This document shows, in pieces, positions 1-12,190 of a stretch of 63,985 nt of DNA. The notes below the pieces were generated by a model, which was not told the DNA's origin, did no database searches, and saw only the letters and a program-made list of their open reading frames with translations. Both the position numbers and the translations under genes were made by a program. Each line of letters begins with the position of its first letter. Position 1 is the first letter of the stretch. Source of the stretch: Rhynchobatus australiae (taxonomy: Eukaryota); NCBI GenBank assembly GCA_034780895.1, contig JAUZTB010000098.1, positions 97,198,456-97,262,440 of the forward strand, given 5' to 3'.

Positions 1-135
1 AGAGCAGTTGCTGTACCAAGCTGTGATGCATCCAGATAGGATGCTTTCTCTGGTGCATCAATAAAAGTTGGTGAGAGTCAAAGGGGACAAACCAAATTTC
101 TTTAGCCTCCTGAGGAAGTAGAGGCATAAGTTAAT
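1..135 (-). mobile_element. Rex1/Babar-type LINE fragment (ORF2 C-terminal region)
   Basis: Homologous to 15600-15740 and, reverse-complemented, to 26100-26240 (LYFLRRLKKFG...LTNFY...ESILSGCITAWY motif). Confidence 0.8.
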
Positions 136-479
136 GGGATGGATCTCATCGCCAACATTTTTTTTCATACTCTGCCTTTACCTACTCTTTGATATTCTCT
201 TTGAAGTTTCAGCAATCAGCTTGGTTCTCACTTGTGTTAACAATCTGGCATATGTTCTTTCTTGTTTGCTCCATTTTACTTTCTGTCTTTTTGGTCACCT
301 GGAGCACTCTAATTTCCCCACCCCTCTCCCTCATGAGAATGTCTAGAACGTAGCTGAAATGTCTATACCTTACAGACCTCCTATTATTTGATGAAGTAAA
401 TAAGCTATAGTGTTTTGGAAAACGTTACTTGAAATGGTGATGAAATCAGATAGAAGCATGATAGCATCATGGTCTGTTC

Positions 480-812
480 CTGATCTAATAATCTAGGCCT
501 GAACTAATGACCTGATGACTTTGGCTCAACTGCCACTAACTAGGAAATTTTAAATTCAATGAATTGAATAAAACTGGAATAAAGAAACAATGATTAATGT
601 GATGACTGGTATGTGGTACAATAACTCCCCTCTCCCTTCATAGTGGAAGGAAATCTGCCACTCTTGCTTGATCTCTCTGGCATAAGAGTCTAGATATAGA
701 GAAAGATGATTGACTCTTCCCTACCCTCTGAAATGCTCCAGTAGAACACCTTGGTGAGGCCATTTAGAAAGAAATACTGGTCCTGTAAAATGTGCTCGTA
801 ACCTATGAAAAT
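480..812 (+). mobile_element. Old SINE-like interspersed repeat (related copies at ~14530-14835 +, ~43860-44070 +, ~53150-53430 -)
   Basis: Shared blocks between copies: aatttaaattc-aat, ctggaat-aaa, ggaaggaaatctgcc, ttgactctt...cctctgaa. Confidence 0.6.
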
Positions 813-974
813 GTATTAACAAATTAATTCTAAATTACTCTTTAGAGGGGATTGGAAAATACTTGGACAAAAATACTCAGGATTAATGTGGAAGTGTAGG
901 ACAGTGGGACCAATCAGATAGTTCCACTAAGAGTCAGCACGCGCTGTTTTTTTTTGATGTACTGCCAAGTTTTT

Positions 975-1245
975 TTGCACAGCAAGCTACCACAAACCAT
1001 AAAGAAGTAATGATCAGGTAATCAATGCCTCGGACACCAGAGATAACTTCTCATGTGGAAATAGTGCCATGGGTTATTTGCATTCACCCAAGAGAACGGG
1101 TAGATAGTTTAATGCCTTGTTCAAAATCGAGCGCCCTGTTAGTGCTACCAGCCCAGACTTTTTTGTGTTCTGCTGCTTTGAGTGTAACTTGAACCCACCC
1201 CTTCTGAATCAGAGGTGTGTGTGTGTGTGTACCAGCCACTGTGGC
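975..1245 (-). mobile_element. Deu-domain SINE (SacSINE1/AmnSINE1-like)
   Basis: gcacagcaagct-ccacaaac...aatagtgccatggg...ttgaacccacccttctgaatcagagg is the reverse complement of the recalled Deu-SINE body and head. Confidence 0.7.
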
Positions 1246-1964
1246 ACAACAGCACCTCATAGCCTTGGAGTCTTACAGCACAGTAATTGGCCCTTTGGCT
1301 CATTATGTTCATGCTGACCGTTGACCCACCTAATTCCATTTACCTGCTGTGGGTCCATGGCCTTCCATGCCTTGCTGTCAGGTAAGATTAAAAATTTTAG
1401 ATACGAAATATGCAATTACACACAGATCTTAATAAATATNNNNNNNNNNTTAGGATGTTTCAATACATATCACTAATGCTATGTTAATCTAATGCACGTC
1501 TCCCTAATAGGAGATTTTTAAACTGCTGGGTTAGTATGATATCATCAATTGGCTGTCAAATCCCTCAGTCACATGGACCACGGTACCTTGGAACCAAATG
1601 GTACTGAGATGTTTATAATGTTAACAGGGGAGGGGCTAGGTAGTTGCAGACATCTGTGGAGGTCTGTCTGAGTTTGTCACAGATATCTGCCAACAACACA
1701 TTGCCATCTGAGAGCAGAGCCACAGCTGTTCACTCCTTCAAATATTGTGATGACTGCATGAGTGTAGTGGTATTATTAGTCAAAGAATTGTTTTTAAAAT
1801 TCATGGCATGTTATAAGGCAAATGGGGATGCATTTTGCTTGTGTGAGACTGTATTGGCATTTTCTCAACTGAATGACAACTTCCTCCAGCTTGAAATTAG
1901 GAAGATCAAGATCATCGTGTGTAGTTGCATTGCCCAACCGCAGGATCTTGGCCTGAATTGCTCC

Positions 1965-2260
1965 TTGCCCTTTATCCACAGTTCATGTTCCCTCTTCAAA
2001 GAACTGCAATAAATTGGTGAAACACATTTTTCCTTTCACAAAACCATGTTGTGTTTGCCTGATTACCTTGAATTTTTTTTAATGTGCCCTGCTTTGAAAA
2101 TTTTCTGCCTGTGAGATGTTAAGCTTACTGGCTTTTGGTCTCTTATTATTTCCCTCCCTTTTTGAATAAAGGTGTTGCATTTGCCACCATCTAATCCAAT
2201 AGAACCTTCCCTGAATCTAAGGAATATAAGAAAGCTGAAACCAACACATTAATTGACTCA
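1965..2260 (-). mobile_element. Degraded CR1 LINE RT fragment
   Basis: Reverse complement resembles the ANATPLFKKG...PVSLTS...HGFVKGK.C.TNL region of the CR1 at 9761-11368. Confidence 0.55.
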
Positions 2261-2299
2261 CTTACATTGTGGGATGAAATCTCCTCAGTATTCAGAGAT

Positions 2300-2455
2300 C
2301 TGTGCTCCTCCCCCTCCCCTGACCTTCTTATTCTGGCTTCTGCCCTCTTCATTTCCAGTCCTGATGAAGGGTTTCGACCCGAAACATTGACTGTTTATTT
2401 CCTTCCTTGGATGCTGCCTGACCTGTTGAGTTCCTCCAGCACTTTCAGTGTCCTT
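2300..2455 (+). mobile_element. Penelope-like element terminal repeat (pseudo-LTR)
   Basis: Pyrimidine-rich lead-in, then ctgatgaagggtttcgacccgaaac and gatgctgcctgacctgttgagttcctccagc. The same repeat follows a GIY-YIG-like remnant at 56245-56750. Confidence 0.7.
2356..2393 (+). ncRNA. Minimal type-I hammerhead ribozyme motif (probably an inactivated copy)
   Basis: Stem I CAGTC/GACTG; core CTGATGA (2361-2367); stem II GGGT-(TTCG)-ACCC; GAAA (2381-2384); then CATT where CGTC/CGTT is expected. Confidence 0.65.
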
Positions 2456-2469
2456 GGAACCACGTTTCT

Positions 2470-3335
2470 CCAGGCAAATGGAGAGTAGTCCACTGTGCTT
2501 CTCACTTGTACCTTGTAAATGTTGGAAGATTTTTGCAGTGTTAAGAGATGACTCACTTACAGAAGTATAACTAGCATCTGACTTGCTCTTGTAGAAACAA
2601 TATTTATTTGGGTTTCTGGTGAATAGTGACATCCGGGGTGCTGATGATGGGGACATTATGATAGTAATGCCATTGAATATCCAAAGTAGGTGATTAGATC
2701 CTCACCTGTTGGAGATGGTCATTGACAAGCAGTTTTGGTCTTTGGATCAAACATTATGTGATGTGAATGTTATTTGCCATTTATCAATTTGTGCTTGCCT
2801 GCATTTGGCACAGTCTTGTTGCATGCAGGGATAGACTGCTTCATTTGCTTAGATGGCATGTTTCATTGCATTGGGAAATCAGTAGCAAACATTTCCACTT
2901 CTGACCTTGTGATAGAAGGAAGGTCTTTGTTCAAGCAACTGAAGATGGTTGGGCCTAAGAAACTGTCTTGAAGAGCACATGCATAATATTGGAATACTGA
3001 AAGAGGAAGATGTGTTTAGTGATGGCATCTCATTGAAGATAGAGGAATGTCACTTCGATGATATTCCGAGGCAGAGTTGATTCAACACACACTTCCACCT
3101 TCCTTTGTGTGGCTCTTTGATGCCACACTCAGTCAAATGCTACCTTGATGTTAAAGGCAATCACTTTTCTCCTTCCCTGCACCTCTGGAATTTAACTCAA
3201 TGGTCCATTTTGGGACCAAGACTACGATGAGGTTTGGAACTAAGTGGTTCTAATGAAATCCAAACCAGGCATCCATAATAGTTAGTGCCACTTGATATCA
3301 GTGGTGATTACATCTACCATCACTTTCTTGATTAA
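2470..3335 (-). mobile_element. Degraded CR1/L2-group LINE, RT region
   Basis: Minus strand near 3115-3170 reads KVIAFNIKVAFD*VWHQ (RT motif ALDIKAAFDRVWH); near 2920-2970 it reads LGPTIFSCLNKDLPS. Confidence 0.7.
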
Positions 3336-4343
3336 CAGTGGGCTCCACCGAAACCTGTGAGCATTAAGAATGATTAGATGAATGTGAGATGGAGTCATCA
3401 CGTTGTAAAGAGACTATAAGATGATTAGCACATAATTTAATTGGAGGGCACCCTGCTGGTAGTCCTCAGCTGGAATCTAATTATTCCACTGTGCCCATAA
3501 GTAACTTGTGCTGCCAAAAGGTTTTAATACAACCTCAATACATTTGTATTTAAAATTCTTCAATTTTGACTTCGATGAATCAATTTGAAAGGGTGAGCAC
3601 GATGCACTGATGATTCTACATACTATGCTTAGCTGTGTCTGGGAATGGCTTTCCAGTCGGGTAAATCTAAGGTAATCTTTGATATAATAATCAGTTCATA
3701 ATGCAGCTTAATAGATTAGAATGAAGAACATTTACACTTTTATTCTGTGTCATGGGGTATATCTGCATGCAACCAAGTAGCCCATTGAGGGCTACTATGG
3801 GAATCCTGCTTTAAGAAACTGATGCCAATATTGAAAGATTTTGGGGGAGGAATTTGCTTTTGATCTCTGGCCCTGAATGTATGTGTGTTGGTTGCCAGTT
3901 ACACTCACCTCCACTCATTTGATGCTGATACCTTGCATGTGTTTGCATGCCAAGGTTCACGGGGACCCTGAGGCAATTTTATCCCAAGACATCCATTAAG
4001 AAATGTATTGAGTTAGTTCAGTGCTGGTTTTATACCCTGTTAATAGTCTACATTGAAATCAGCACAGAATAACACTGGGTGGTGTGTAAACCTTGTGTTT
4101 TGCCTAATTCCTGTTTTTTTTAAATGCACCTCAATTTTACCTTTTGAACATTGTTCTTCTTTGTCACTGAGAACATCCTGAAGTGATTTCCACAATAGTT
4201 TTGTCTGAAATATTCCACTGCTTAGGAATAAATATTCTGACAGGTTTTCTAAACAATCAGAGGAAAATAAATAAGAGCAGACAGTTATTGACTCTCCAAA
4301 ACATCCAGCCTGTCCCTCTCAGTTGCATTATCTTGGATATCTT

Positions 4344-4636
4344 GGGCAGGCACGGTAGCATAGCGGTTATCATAACGCTATTACAGCAGGGTTCAACTCT
4401 GGCCGCTGTCTGTCAGTAGTTTTTATGTTCTCNNNNNNNNNNNNNNNNNNNNNNNNNNNNNNNNNNNNNNNNNNNNNNNNNNNNNNNNNNNNNNNNNNNN
4501 NNNNNNNNNNNNNNNNNNNNNNNNNNNNNNNNACCAGAAGCATGGTGACACTTGCAGGCTGCCCCCAGAACACTCTACGCAAAAGATGCATTTCACTGTG
4601 TGTTTTGATATACATGTGACTAATAAAGATATCTTG
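4344..4636 (+). mobile_element. V-SINE (HE1-like) with tRNA-derived head; centre lies in an N gap
   Basis: Head ggcacggtagcatagcggtta with GGTTCAACTC B-box-like motif; tail nearly identical to the copies at 24689 and 57573. Confidence 0.8.
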
Positions 4637-4964
4637 TATGATCACGTAATCTCTCACTACTTCACCCAAGACCATGTGGTAACCTAGGAAAAGGCAAGAA
4701 ACGATATTTACAAACCCCAGACCAATTCTGGGAGAAAAACATCTGGTAAAGTTTCTCTCAATCAGGCTCTGTCCAAAGCCTACACTTCTCCAAAGTGTGA
4801 AGTCCCAACACTTTCAGTCTGTCTTGGTAGTTTAGCTACACATTTACAAATAGGAAATCATTTCAGTGAATCTGGTCATTTGTTGGTCTTGTGCCAGGTC
4901 TCGATTGATGCAGGTTCCCCACCTAATGTCATTCAGCCAAGCTAATGCTTGCTGTAGAAGAAAA

Positions 4965-5160
4965 CCAAATAACTGCAGATGCTGGAAATCAGAAACAAAA
5001 ACCTAAAATGCCGGAAATCCTTGGCATGTCTGGCAGCTTTTGTGGATGGAGAAACAGTTAACGTTTCCCCTCATTAGAAGTGGGGAAGCAAGAAAAACAA
5101 GATAGTTCACAGTAAGAGAGAAGTTGGGGGGAGGGAAGATGATGCAGAGGGTGGTGGATC
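4965..5160 (-). mobile_element. Penelope-like terminal repeat, degraded (a shorter copy lies at ~5680-5770)
   Basis: actgcagatgctggaaatc...ggcagc..tgtgga..gaaacagttaacgtttc is the reverse complement of the repeat family at 2300 and 56630. Confidence 0.65.
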
Positions 5161-5384
5161 TCTGGCATTCTGAGTGTGTTTCCAGCTTTTAATGGTGTCC
5201 TGCAAGGGAAATGTGACTGGTTTGTGCTCTTCCACTGGACTGCATGAGGAATTCAATGTCATAGCAGAGTCAGGAAATTGTTAATGAAGAGCCAACAGCA
5301 AGTTTGGATCTTGCCTGTGTATTCCGGCAAATTTTCTCCCTTCTTTCAGGTCAGTTTTGTGAGTAATTCTGTAGTTTGTGAATT

Positions 5385-5403
5385 TTACCAGCAGGGGGCA
5401 CTT
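5385..5403 (+). promoter_or_regulatory. CTCF core motif match
   Basis: CCAGCAGGGGGCAC (5388-5401) fits the CTCF consensus CCASYAGRKGGCRS. Occupancy is unknown. Confidence 0.5.
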
Positions 5404-7461
5404 GTGTTGCATCATTTGCAGTTTCTCTCTTCCCGGCATTTTCGATTATGGAAGCATCAAAAATCACCTTGTGTTCAGGTGAGTAATACTTAAGTCAAGT
5501 TGCATCTTGGGATCTTGTTTTAGAATGCTTTATTTTTTATAAAGTGTAGAAATAATGCTGCAATTAACAGACACTTCACAAACTGGGTCCTGCACTTACT
5601 GGAAAGTGGATTTGAAAGGAGCAAATTCATTTTTCCTAGCGTTTAGAAACATCATCAACGAAGTACCGCCATGCAGAAGCAAAGTAATGCAGAGGCTGAA
5701 ATTCTGAGATGTAACCAGGTCAGTTAGCATCTGTGGAGCTAACACTTCAGGTGATGAATCCTCATTGGCACTATCATTTTGCTAATCCTGGGTTGGATCT
5801 AAAGTCGGTATTTGTTAAGCAGGTTAACAGGTAATTTTTCAAAACATACATTTTATCCCTTAAGGAGGGGATGATGTTAAATTGCACCTGTGTTTATATT
5901 TTCTTCACACCTTGTGTGACTTTGCAAATCCTACGATCCACAGGCTCATATCCAGGGGCTGCCTTTTTCTGCTTCATGTTTGTGTTTCTCTTTTCTCCCC
6001 CTTGGCCCTTTCTGAGGGTCTTTTGTGTCACGTCTGCAACCCAGAAAGGATGATTCAGCCAGCAGGTCCATGCTGGCATTGCTCTGCACAAGGCTTGTCC
6101 CACTTCTGTTCAATCCCATCCTTCTATTCGTTTCTCCACTGCCCCCAACCCATGCTCTTATCAAACCTCACCTTAAATGCATCTATGTCATTTACCTCAA
6201 ACACTCCATGTGCTAGTGAGTTCCATATACTTCCCATAATGTGGTAAGCAAGTTTTTCCTGAATTCCCCACATGGAATATTCTTATGGCTGCTGGACTTG
6301 GCCTCTTTTTCATAAGTGGATACATCCCTCTATATCCACCTCATCAAACTCTTTCATACTTGGAAGCCTTAATTGACCATCAGACTATGTAAACCACAGG
6401 TTCCAACAGCCCTGGTGTTGCAGGTGGGTCGCACAGATGTCACTGGGGCAGTCCTTTTTGGCTTTCAGTGATCTGAAGGTTACTTTACAGTCACCAGGCA
6501 CCCAATAATTTTCACAAGTTATGCTGGGTTGGATCTGGAGAAGTGCCTCTATCTGAACACTCCTCAGTCTCTTACAGAATAAGTATTAGATAGGGTGAAA
6601 GTGATGTATATATCTTGCTGATACATATACCCCATGGACATAGCCTTCCTTATCCATTTGTACTTGAATCTGCAACCACTTTCTTACCAGAATGCTTTAC
6701 GGGCCCATAACGTGTACATTCACCTCTGATATTATAAGCTGTTGACTGCAATTGGAATGCAAAGAGACAGAGCATGGTGAATGGGTGTAGGGACCAACAG
6801 GAATAAACTGTCAGGTTGTGCAGAAGGTACAGTGCTGTTGTTTGTACACCGCAAGATTCTGCAAGAAATAGGAGGGTAGAGGATTGTGAAATCCTTTCCC
6901 CCAAAAATGTGCAGCTGCTGGATCAATTGAAATCTTCATTTTTGAAAACTAGTGCTCCAGAGTGCTTTCTCAAGATGAGGGATTTGCTCTTTTAGGGATG
7001 AGATCAGGATAAATTTCTTTACTTAGCATTGTAAATCTTTGTAATTCTGTATCCCAGAGAGCCAAGTAACTACCACTGGTTCCATTGGGGCTACAGTGCT
7101 TAAACAGGAACCTGCATATTTTGGCGATGTGATGTGGCAAACCACAGAAAGGAAAAGATGGTTGTGCTTGGTAAAATGGAGGGAAACTGATGAAGAGGAA
7201 ACATGGATAGTTGGGATCAAGAAAGCTTGTGTTTGCAGGAACTTCAGGGTGCAGTTGTTCATATGTTTTGGACAGACTTAGTTCAGTCAGACATTGATTT
7301 CTCACATTTCCATATTATTTTCTGCCAACTTTGGAGAAGGCAATTCAGCCCATTTGAGTGTATGCTGGCTCTCAGAACAATCCCATCAATGTTTTCCTGT
7401 AACTTGTTCTCTTTCACATGCTCAACAACTCAACCTTGATTCTCCTGCCTTCTACATACCG

Positions 7462-7640
7462 GGGGTAATTTACAGCGGCCTATTAACTTACCAACCTGCA
7501 CATCTTTGCGATGAGGGAGGAAATCAGAGTACCTGGAAGGAACCTACCCAATCCTAGAGAGATCATGCAAACTCCACCCTGACAGCACTGCAGGGTAGGA
7601 ATTGAGCCTAGCTCGCACAAGCTGTGAGGCAGCATCAGAT
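7462..7640 (-). mobile_element. V-SINE, older subfamily with a different 3' continuation
   Basis: Reverse complement contains a V-domain (ggagtttgcatg...ggttccttccaggtactctgatttcctccc...aaagatgtgcaggttggtaagttaat). Confidence 0.7.
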
Positions 7641-7689
7641 TTGATGGCACTTAACTTGCTGACTGATCCTCGAGTGCTGTGAATGCTTG

Positions 7690-7810
7690 TTGCCTGTTCT
7701 GATGAAGGGTCTTTGACCTGAAGCATCAGCTCCTTCTCTTTCCACAGATGCTGCTAACGAGCTGAATTTTTTTTTCTCTTCAGCATTTTCTNNNNTTTTA
7801 TTCCCAAGTT
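7690..7810 (+). mobile_element. Penelope-like terminal repeat with decayed hammerhead core
   Basis: CTGATGA (7699-7705), then agggtctttgacct, GAAG and tccacagatgctgct. Confidence 0.65.
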
Positions 7811-8004
7811 CCTCTCTATAACACACACTTTTTGCCTAGAAATAGGTCAGAATAGTCCCCTGCGTCGTAATATTTCCATGCCTTTATGATGATGCACAAT
7901 ATTTTCTTGTTTTTTCTTGAATGCATTGGGAATGAAACTGTTAGAATTGGGAATTTTAGAGGTTGTCATCTACAAATAAAGTAGCTGGTTTCCCAGAGTT
8001 TAAC

Positions 8005-8390
8005 TTGATAGCACTCTGTGAGTCAGCAGCTGTGTTCAATTACTGCTCCAGAGACTTGAGATCAAAAAATCTAGGGAATGCTGCACTGTTGGAGGTGTTG
8101 TCTTTTTGATGCAATGTTAAACTAAGGCCCCATCTGCTCTCTCAGCTGGTCGCAAATGGCAGTACTTCAAAGAGGAGCAGAGTAGTTACAGGCAGTGTCC
8201 TGGTATATATTAATCCTTCAGATTATCAGTTCCTCATCACATTGCTGTTTCTCAGAGGTTGCTATATGCATTGCTGCTGCTGTTCCTTCTTCACAACGGG
8301 GAATGCTCTTCAAAGAGTACTTAAGTGAAATGCTTTGGAATTCCCTGTAGCCATGAAGTGTGCTATGGAGATTTTTTTTGTATGCCAGAT
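8005..8390 (+). mobile_element. Deu-domain SINE, near full length
   Basis: gctgcactgttggaggtg...ttaaactaaggccccatctgctctctcag...gattatcag..atcacattgctgttt...gtgctat. Confidence 0.75.
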
Positions 8391-9199
8391 ATTTTATTGT
8401 GTGTGAATCCAAAGATCAAGTAATGGACTTTAAGCCGCTCTTTGAATTAGCTAATATAATTTAAAGGTCATGTTTACTTTTGGGATTATTCATATCTGAT
8501 GTTTATTCATAGAAGGGGAGAACAGGATGGCAGATTTGGAGAGTTCTGAGGGTGCAAGAAACTGTCATGTGGTGTCCCTCAACACCATAGAAGCATATTA
8601 ATAAATCTGACTCCCTAAGACCTTAATAGGTAATGGCAAGGAGCTGTTCAGTTGAGCTACATAGAGCAACAGGATCCCAGCTTTGATTCTTGATTTCAAT
8701 TAGGTAGTAAAAAGAGTGCTAAAATTGGCCAACAGTTGGTGGCAGGGAAAAAAGGCAAATGTTCCTGCTGCATTTGTCATTGCCTGACCTTTTGTTGTTG
8801 ATCCCTTTTGCATACTTCGTATTCTCATCATTCCCTTGCAGAACCTTGTTTCAGGTTGAAGGTTGCTAACTTCCACCTTCATAACATTGCCCTTCTCCAC
8901 CTTCCTGTCTGAGTCCATTAGCTGCCTTCCATCTCAACTGTTCTCTTATCACTTCTTGAATATTTGAATGATAAACTGCCCCATCCACAAGTCTCAATAA
9001 GCTTCAGCTCTATAGCTTGACCGAGGTTCTGCTGCTTGGATCCCACTCCACTCTGTCTCAATTGCCTGACAGCCCTTTGCTCTCCAACCTATGTTGGACT
9101 TCCAATGCCTGAAATTTTAAACATGTATTCTTTCCCACAGATTTCATCCTGATTTGTCTCTGCTTATTTCTTTACCCTTTTTTTAGGTCCCAAAAACAG

Positions 9200-9500
9200 C
9201 TGACAAATTTCCTTTGCCTAGGTTCTGACCTTGGTATATCCTTGACCTTCACAGCCATGGCCCCAGCCACCTGAGCACGATGACCATGAAATAGCCTCTG
9301 TAAAACCCACCACCTCTCTAATTCCCACTCTCCTTTATGATCCTCATTAAAAACCACGTGCTTAACTAAGAATTCTATTGCCCCACTAGGAAATCCTCCT
9401 TTTGACAAGCATTGTTTTCTTTCTCATTTGATTTTAGATAATTTTCTCAATTACCTTGCATTATTTTCCATGTTAAAATCATTATGTAACTATAAGTTGC
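9200..9500 (+). mobile_element. L2 LINE 3' remnant
   Basis: ccttcacagcc...aatagcctctgtaaaaccc...tcctttatgatcctcattaaaaacc resembles the L2 ORF2 end (AFS...WNSLP...SSFK.LLKT). Confidence 0.45.
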
Positions 9501-9760
9501 TACTATCTATGGTGTAGATTATGGGTATGGTATTCCCCAATGTAATTATAGCTGAGGATTTATTAAGATCTTAACTGAATCTGGACTGCCCTGAAAGATA
9601 TTTAATAGGCACACTATAGGATTTCATAGGAATGGAGCAATCTAAAGTCATCTGTATTTCCATAGACAGCACAAATCATGGGTTGAAAACTATTTTCATA
9701 TTAAAATGCCTTGTCCTTGATCCTTAAACTGAGCATCGGAGCAGAAGAAGGTGGCCATTT

Positions 9761-11368
9761 CCTGGGCTGGATGAAGTGTACCCATGGGTTCTGAAGGAGG
9801 TGGCTTTAGAGATTGTGGAGGCATTGGAAATGATTTCCCAGGAATCAATAGACTCTGGCATGGTTCCGGAGGACTGGAGGGTCGCAAATGTAGTTCCACT
9901 GTTTAAGAAGGGAGGGAGGCAGCAAAAAGAAAATTGCAGGCCTATTAGTCTGACGTGGGTGGTTGGAAAGTTATTGGAGTCGATTCTCAAGGACAAGTTT
10001 ATGGAATACCTACAGGTGGATAAGGCAGCATGATTTCATGAAGGGAAGATCCAGCCTGACCAACCTATTGGAATTTTTTTTGAGGTTATCTCAAGTAGGA
10101 TGGACAAAGGAGAGGCTGTGGATGTTGGGTAATTGGATTGTCAAAAGGCCTTCGACAAGGTGCTGCATAAGAGGCTGCTGAATAGGATGAGAGCCCATGG
10201 AATTACAGGAAAGATATTGGAATGGGTGGAGCATTGGCTGATAGGCAGAAAGCAAAAGGTGGGAATGAAGGGATCCTGTTCTGGTTGGTTGCCGGTTACC
10301 AGTGGTGTTCCACAAGGGTTGGTGTTGGGCTGCTTCTTTTTACACTGTGTATTGATGATTTAGATTATGGATTAAATGGTTTTGTGGCTAAGTTTGCAGA
10401 TGACACCAAGATAGGTGGAGGAGCAGGAAGAGTTGAAGAAACAAAGGTTGCAGAGAGACTTGGACAGTTTAGGAGAGTGGGCAAAGAAATGGCAGATGAG
10501 AAATAATGATGAGAAATGTGCGGTCGTACATTTTGGAACAAGAAATAAACTGGCAGATTATTTTCTGGATGAGGAGAAAGTTATAAATTCGGAAGTGCAA
10601 AGGGACTTGGGGGTCCTCGTGCAGGATACCATAAAGGTTAACCACCAGGTTGGATTGGCAGTAAGGAAAGTGAATGCTATGTGGGCATTCATTTCAAGAG
10701 GAATAGCATATTCCTCTTTGTAAGGAGGTGTTGATGAGGCTCTATATGGGGCACTGGTGAGACCTCATTTGGAATACTGTGTGCAGTTTTGGGCCCCTTA
10801 TCTTAGAAAGGAGGTACTGATTTTGGAGAGGGTTCAGAGAAGATTTACGCAGATGATTCCCAGAATGTAAGGGCTTACATACGAGGAGCGTTTGTTGGTT
10901 CTTGGACTGTATTGAAGTATAGAAGAATGAGAGGGGACCTCATAGAAACATTTCAAATGTTGAAAGGACTGGACAGAGTAGATGTGGCTAAGTTGTTNNN
11001 NNNNNNNNNNNNNNNNNNNNNNNNNNNNNNNNNNNNNNNNNNNNNNNNNNNNNNNNNNNNNNNNNNNNNNNNNNNNNNNNNNNNNNNNNNNNNNNNNAGG
11101 GTACCCATTTAAAACAGATGAGGAGAAATTTCTTTAGCCAGAGGGTTGTGGATTTATGGAATTCTTTGCCACATGCAGCTGTGGAGGCCCGATCATTGGG
11201 GGTGTTTAAAGAAGAGACTGATGGCTATCTAATTAGTCAGGGTATCAAGGGATATGGGGAAAAGGCTAGGAATTGGGGCTAGATGGGAGATTAGTTTAGC
11301 TCATGATGAAGTGGCGGAGCAGACTTGATGGGCCGAATGGCCAGCTTCTGCTCCTTCGTCTTGTGATT
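9761..11368 (+). mobile_element. 5'-truncated CR1 LINE (RT pseudogene plus 3' UTR)
   Basis: Frameshifted ORF2 motifs PEDWRVANVVPLFKKG, DCQKAFDKVLH, SGVPQG, KFADDTKIGG, LQRDLDSLGEWAKKWQM, RGDLIETF; CR1 3' end gggccgaatggcc. Confidence 0.95.
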
Positions 11369-12190
11369 TGGCCCTTCAAGCCTGCTACATTATTCATTAA
11401 GATCATGCCCTCAATTCCATTACCTTGCCTGATTCCATTTAACCTCATCTCCCCATTCATCATAAAAACTGTCTATCTAGGTCTGGAATATGTTCAAAGA
11501 ACAAAGTTACCTGGGCTAGAGAATTCAGAATTCACTGCCCTCTAAGACGTGTAATTCCTCATCATTTCCATCTTCAATGCCCCCTGGTTTTAGTTTCTCC
11601 CTCAAAGAGAAATGTCCTCTGAACATGTATCCTGTCAAACACCCTCGTTTCTCATTCTTCCAGTGAAGATGGGCATCACCCATACTACCTTTTCTCATTT
11701 GACAATCATTTCATTCCAGGAATCAACCATGTGACCTCCTTTGAACCATCTCTAAAGCAAATATATCCCTCCTTAAGTAAGGAGTCTGATACTGTATATG
11801 ATACTTTGGTTATGGTGCCTCTAACATTACATAAAGAAATCTCCATACAAACAATATTCTGGTTTTCTGTTCTTCACTTTGTTACATTTATACTCCATCT
11901 GCCAATTTTTGCCAACAGGCTTAGCCTGTTTTTATCCCCCTGCATGCCCATTGTGTCCAACTCACAACTCTCTTTTCTACTTATGATATACTTGGTCTCT
12001 ATATCCAAGTCTTTGACGTAGATTATGGCTCGTTGAAGCCCTAGCACAATCCATGCAGCACTTCACCAGTTGCAGTTTGCTAACTTGAAAGTGATCCATT
12101 TATCCCAAATTTCTTAGCAATTTCTCTATCCATTCTACAAGCATTTACTTGGGCAGTAATGTTTTATGTGGCAACTTGCTGAATGATTGT
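11369..12190 (-). mobile_element. Degraded CR1 LINE 3' portion, tail-to-tail with the previous copy
   Basis: Starts ttggcccttcaagcctgct (reverse complement of a CR1 3' end); the degraded body continues to ~12190. Confidence 0.6.

Noticed and set aside
7187-7202. CTGATGAAGAGGAAAC, resembling a hammerhead core
   Set aside because: No stem II between CUGAUGA and GAAA and no flanking stem I; likely chance.
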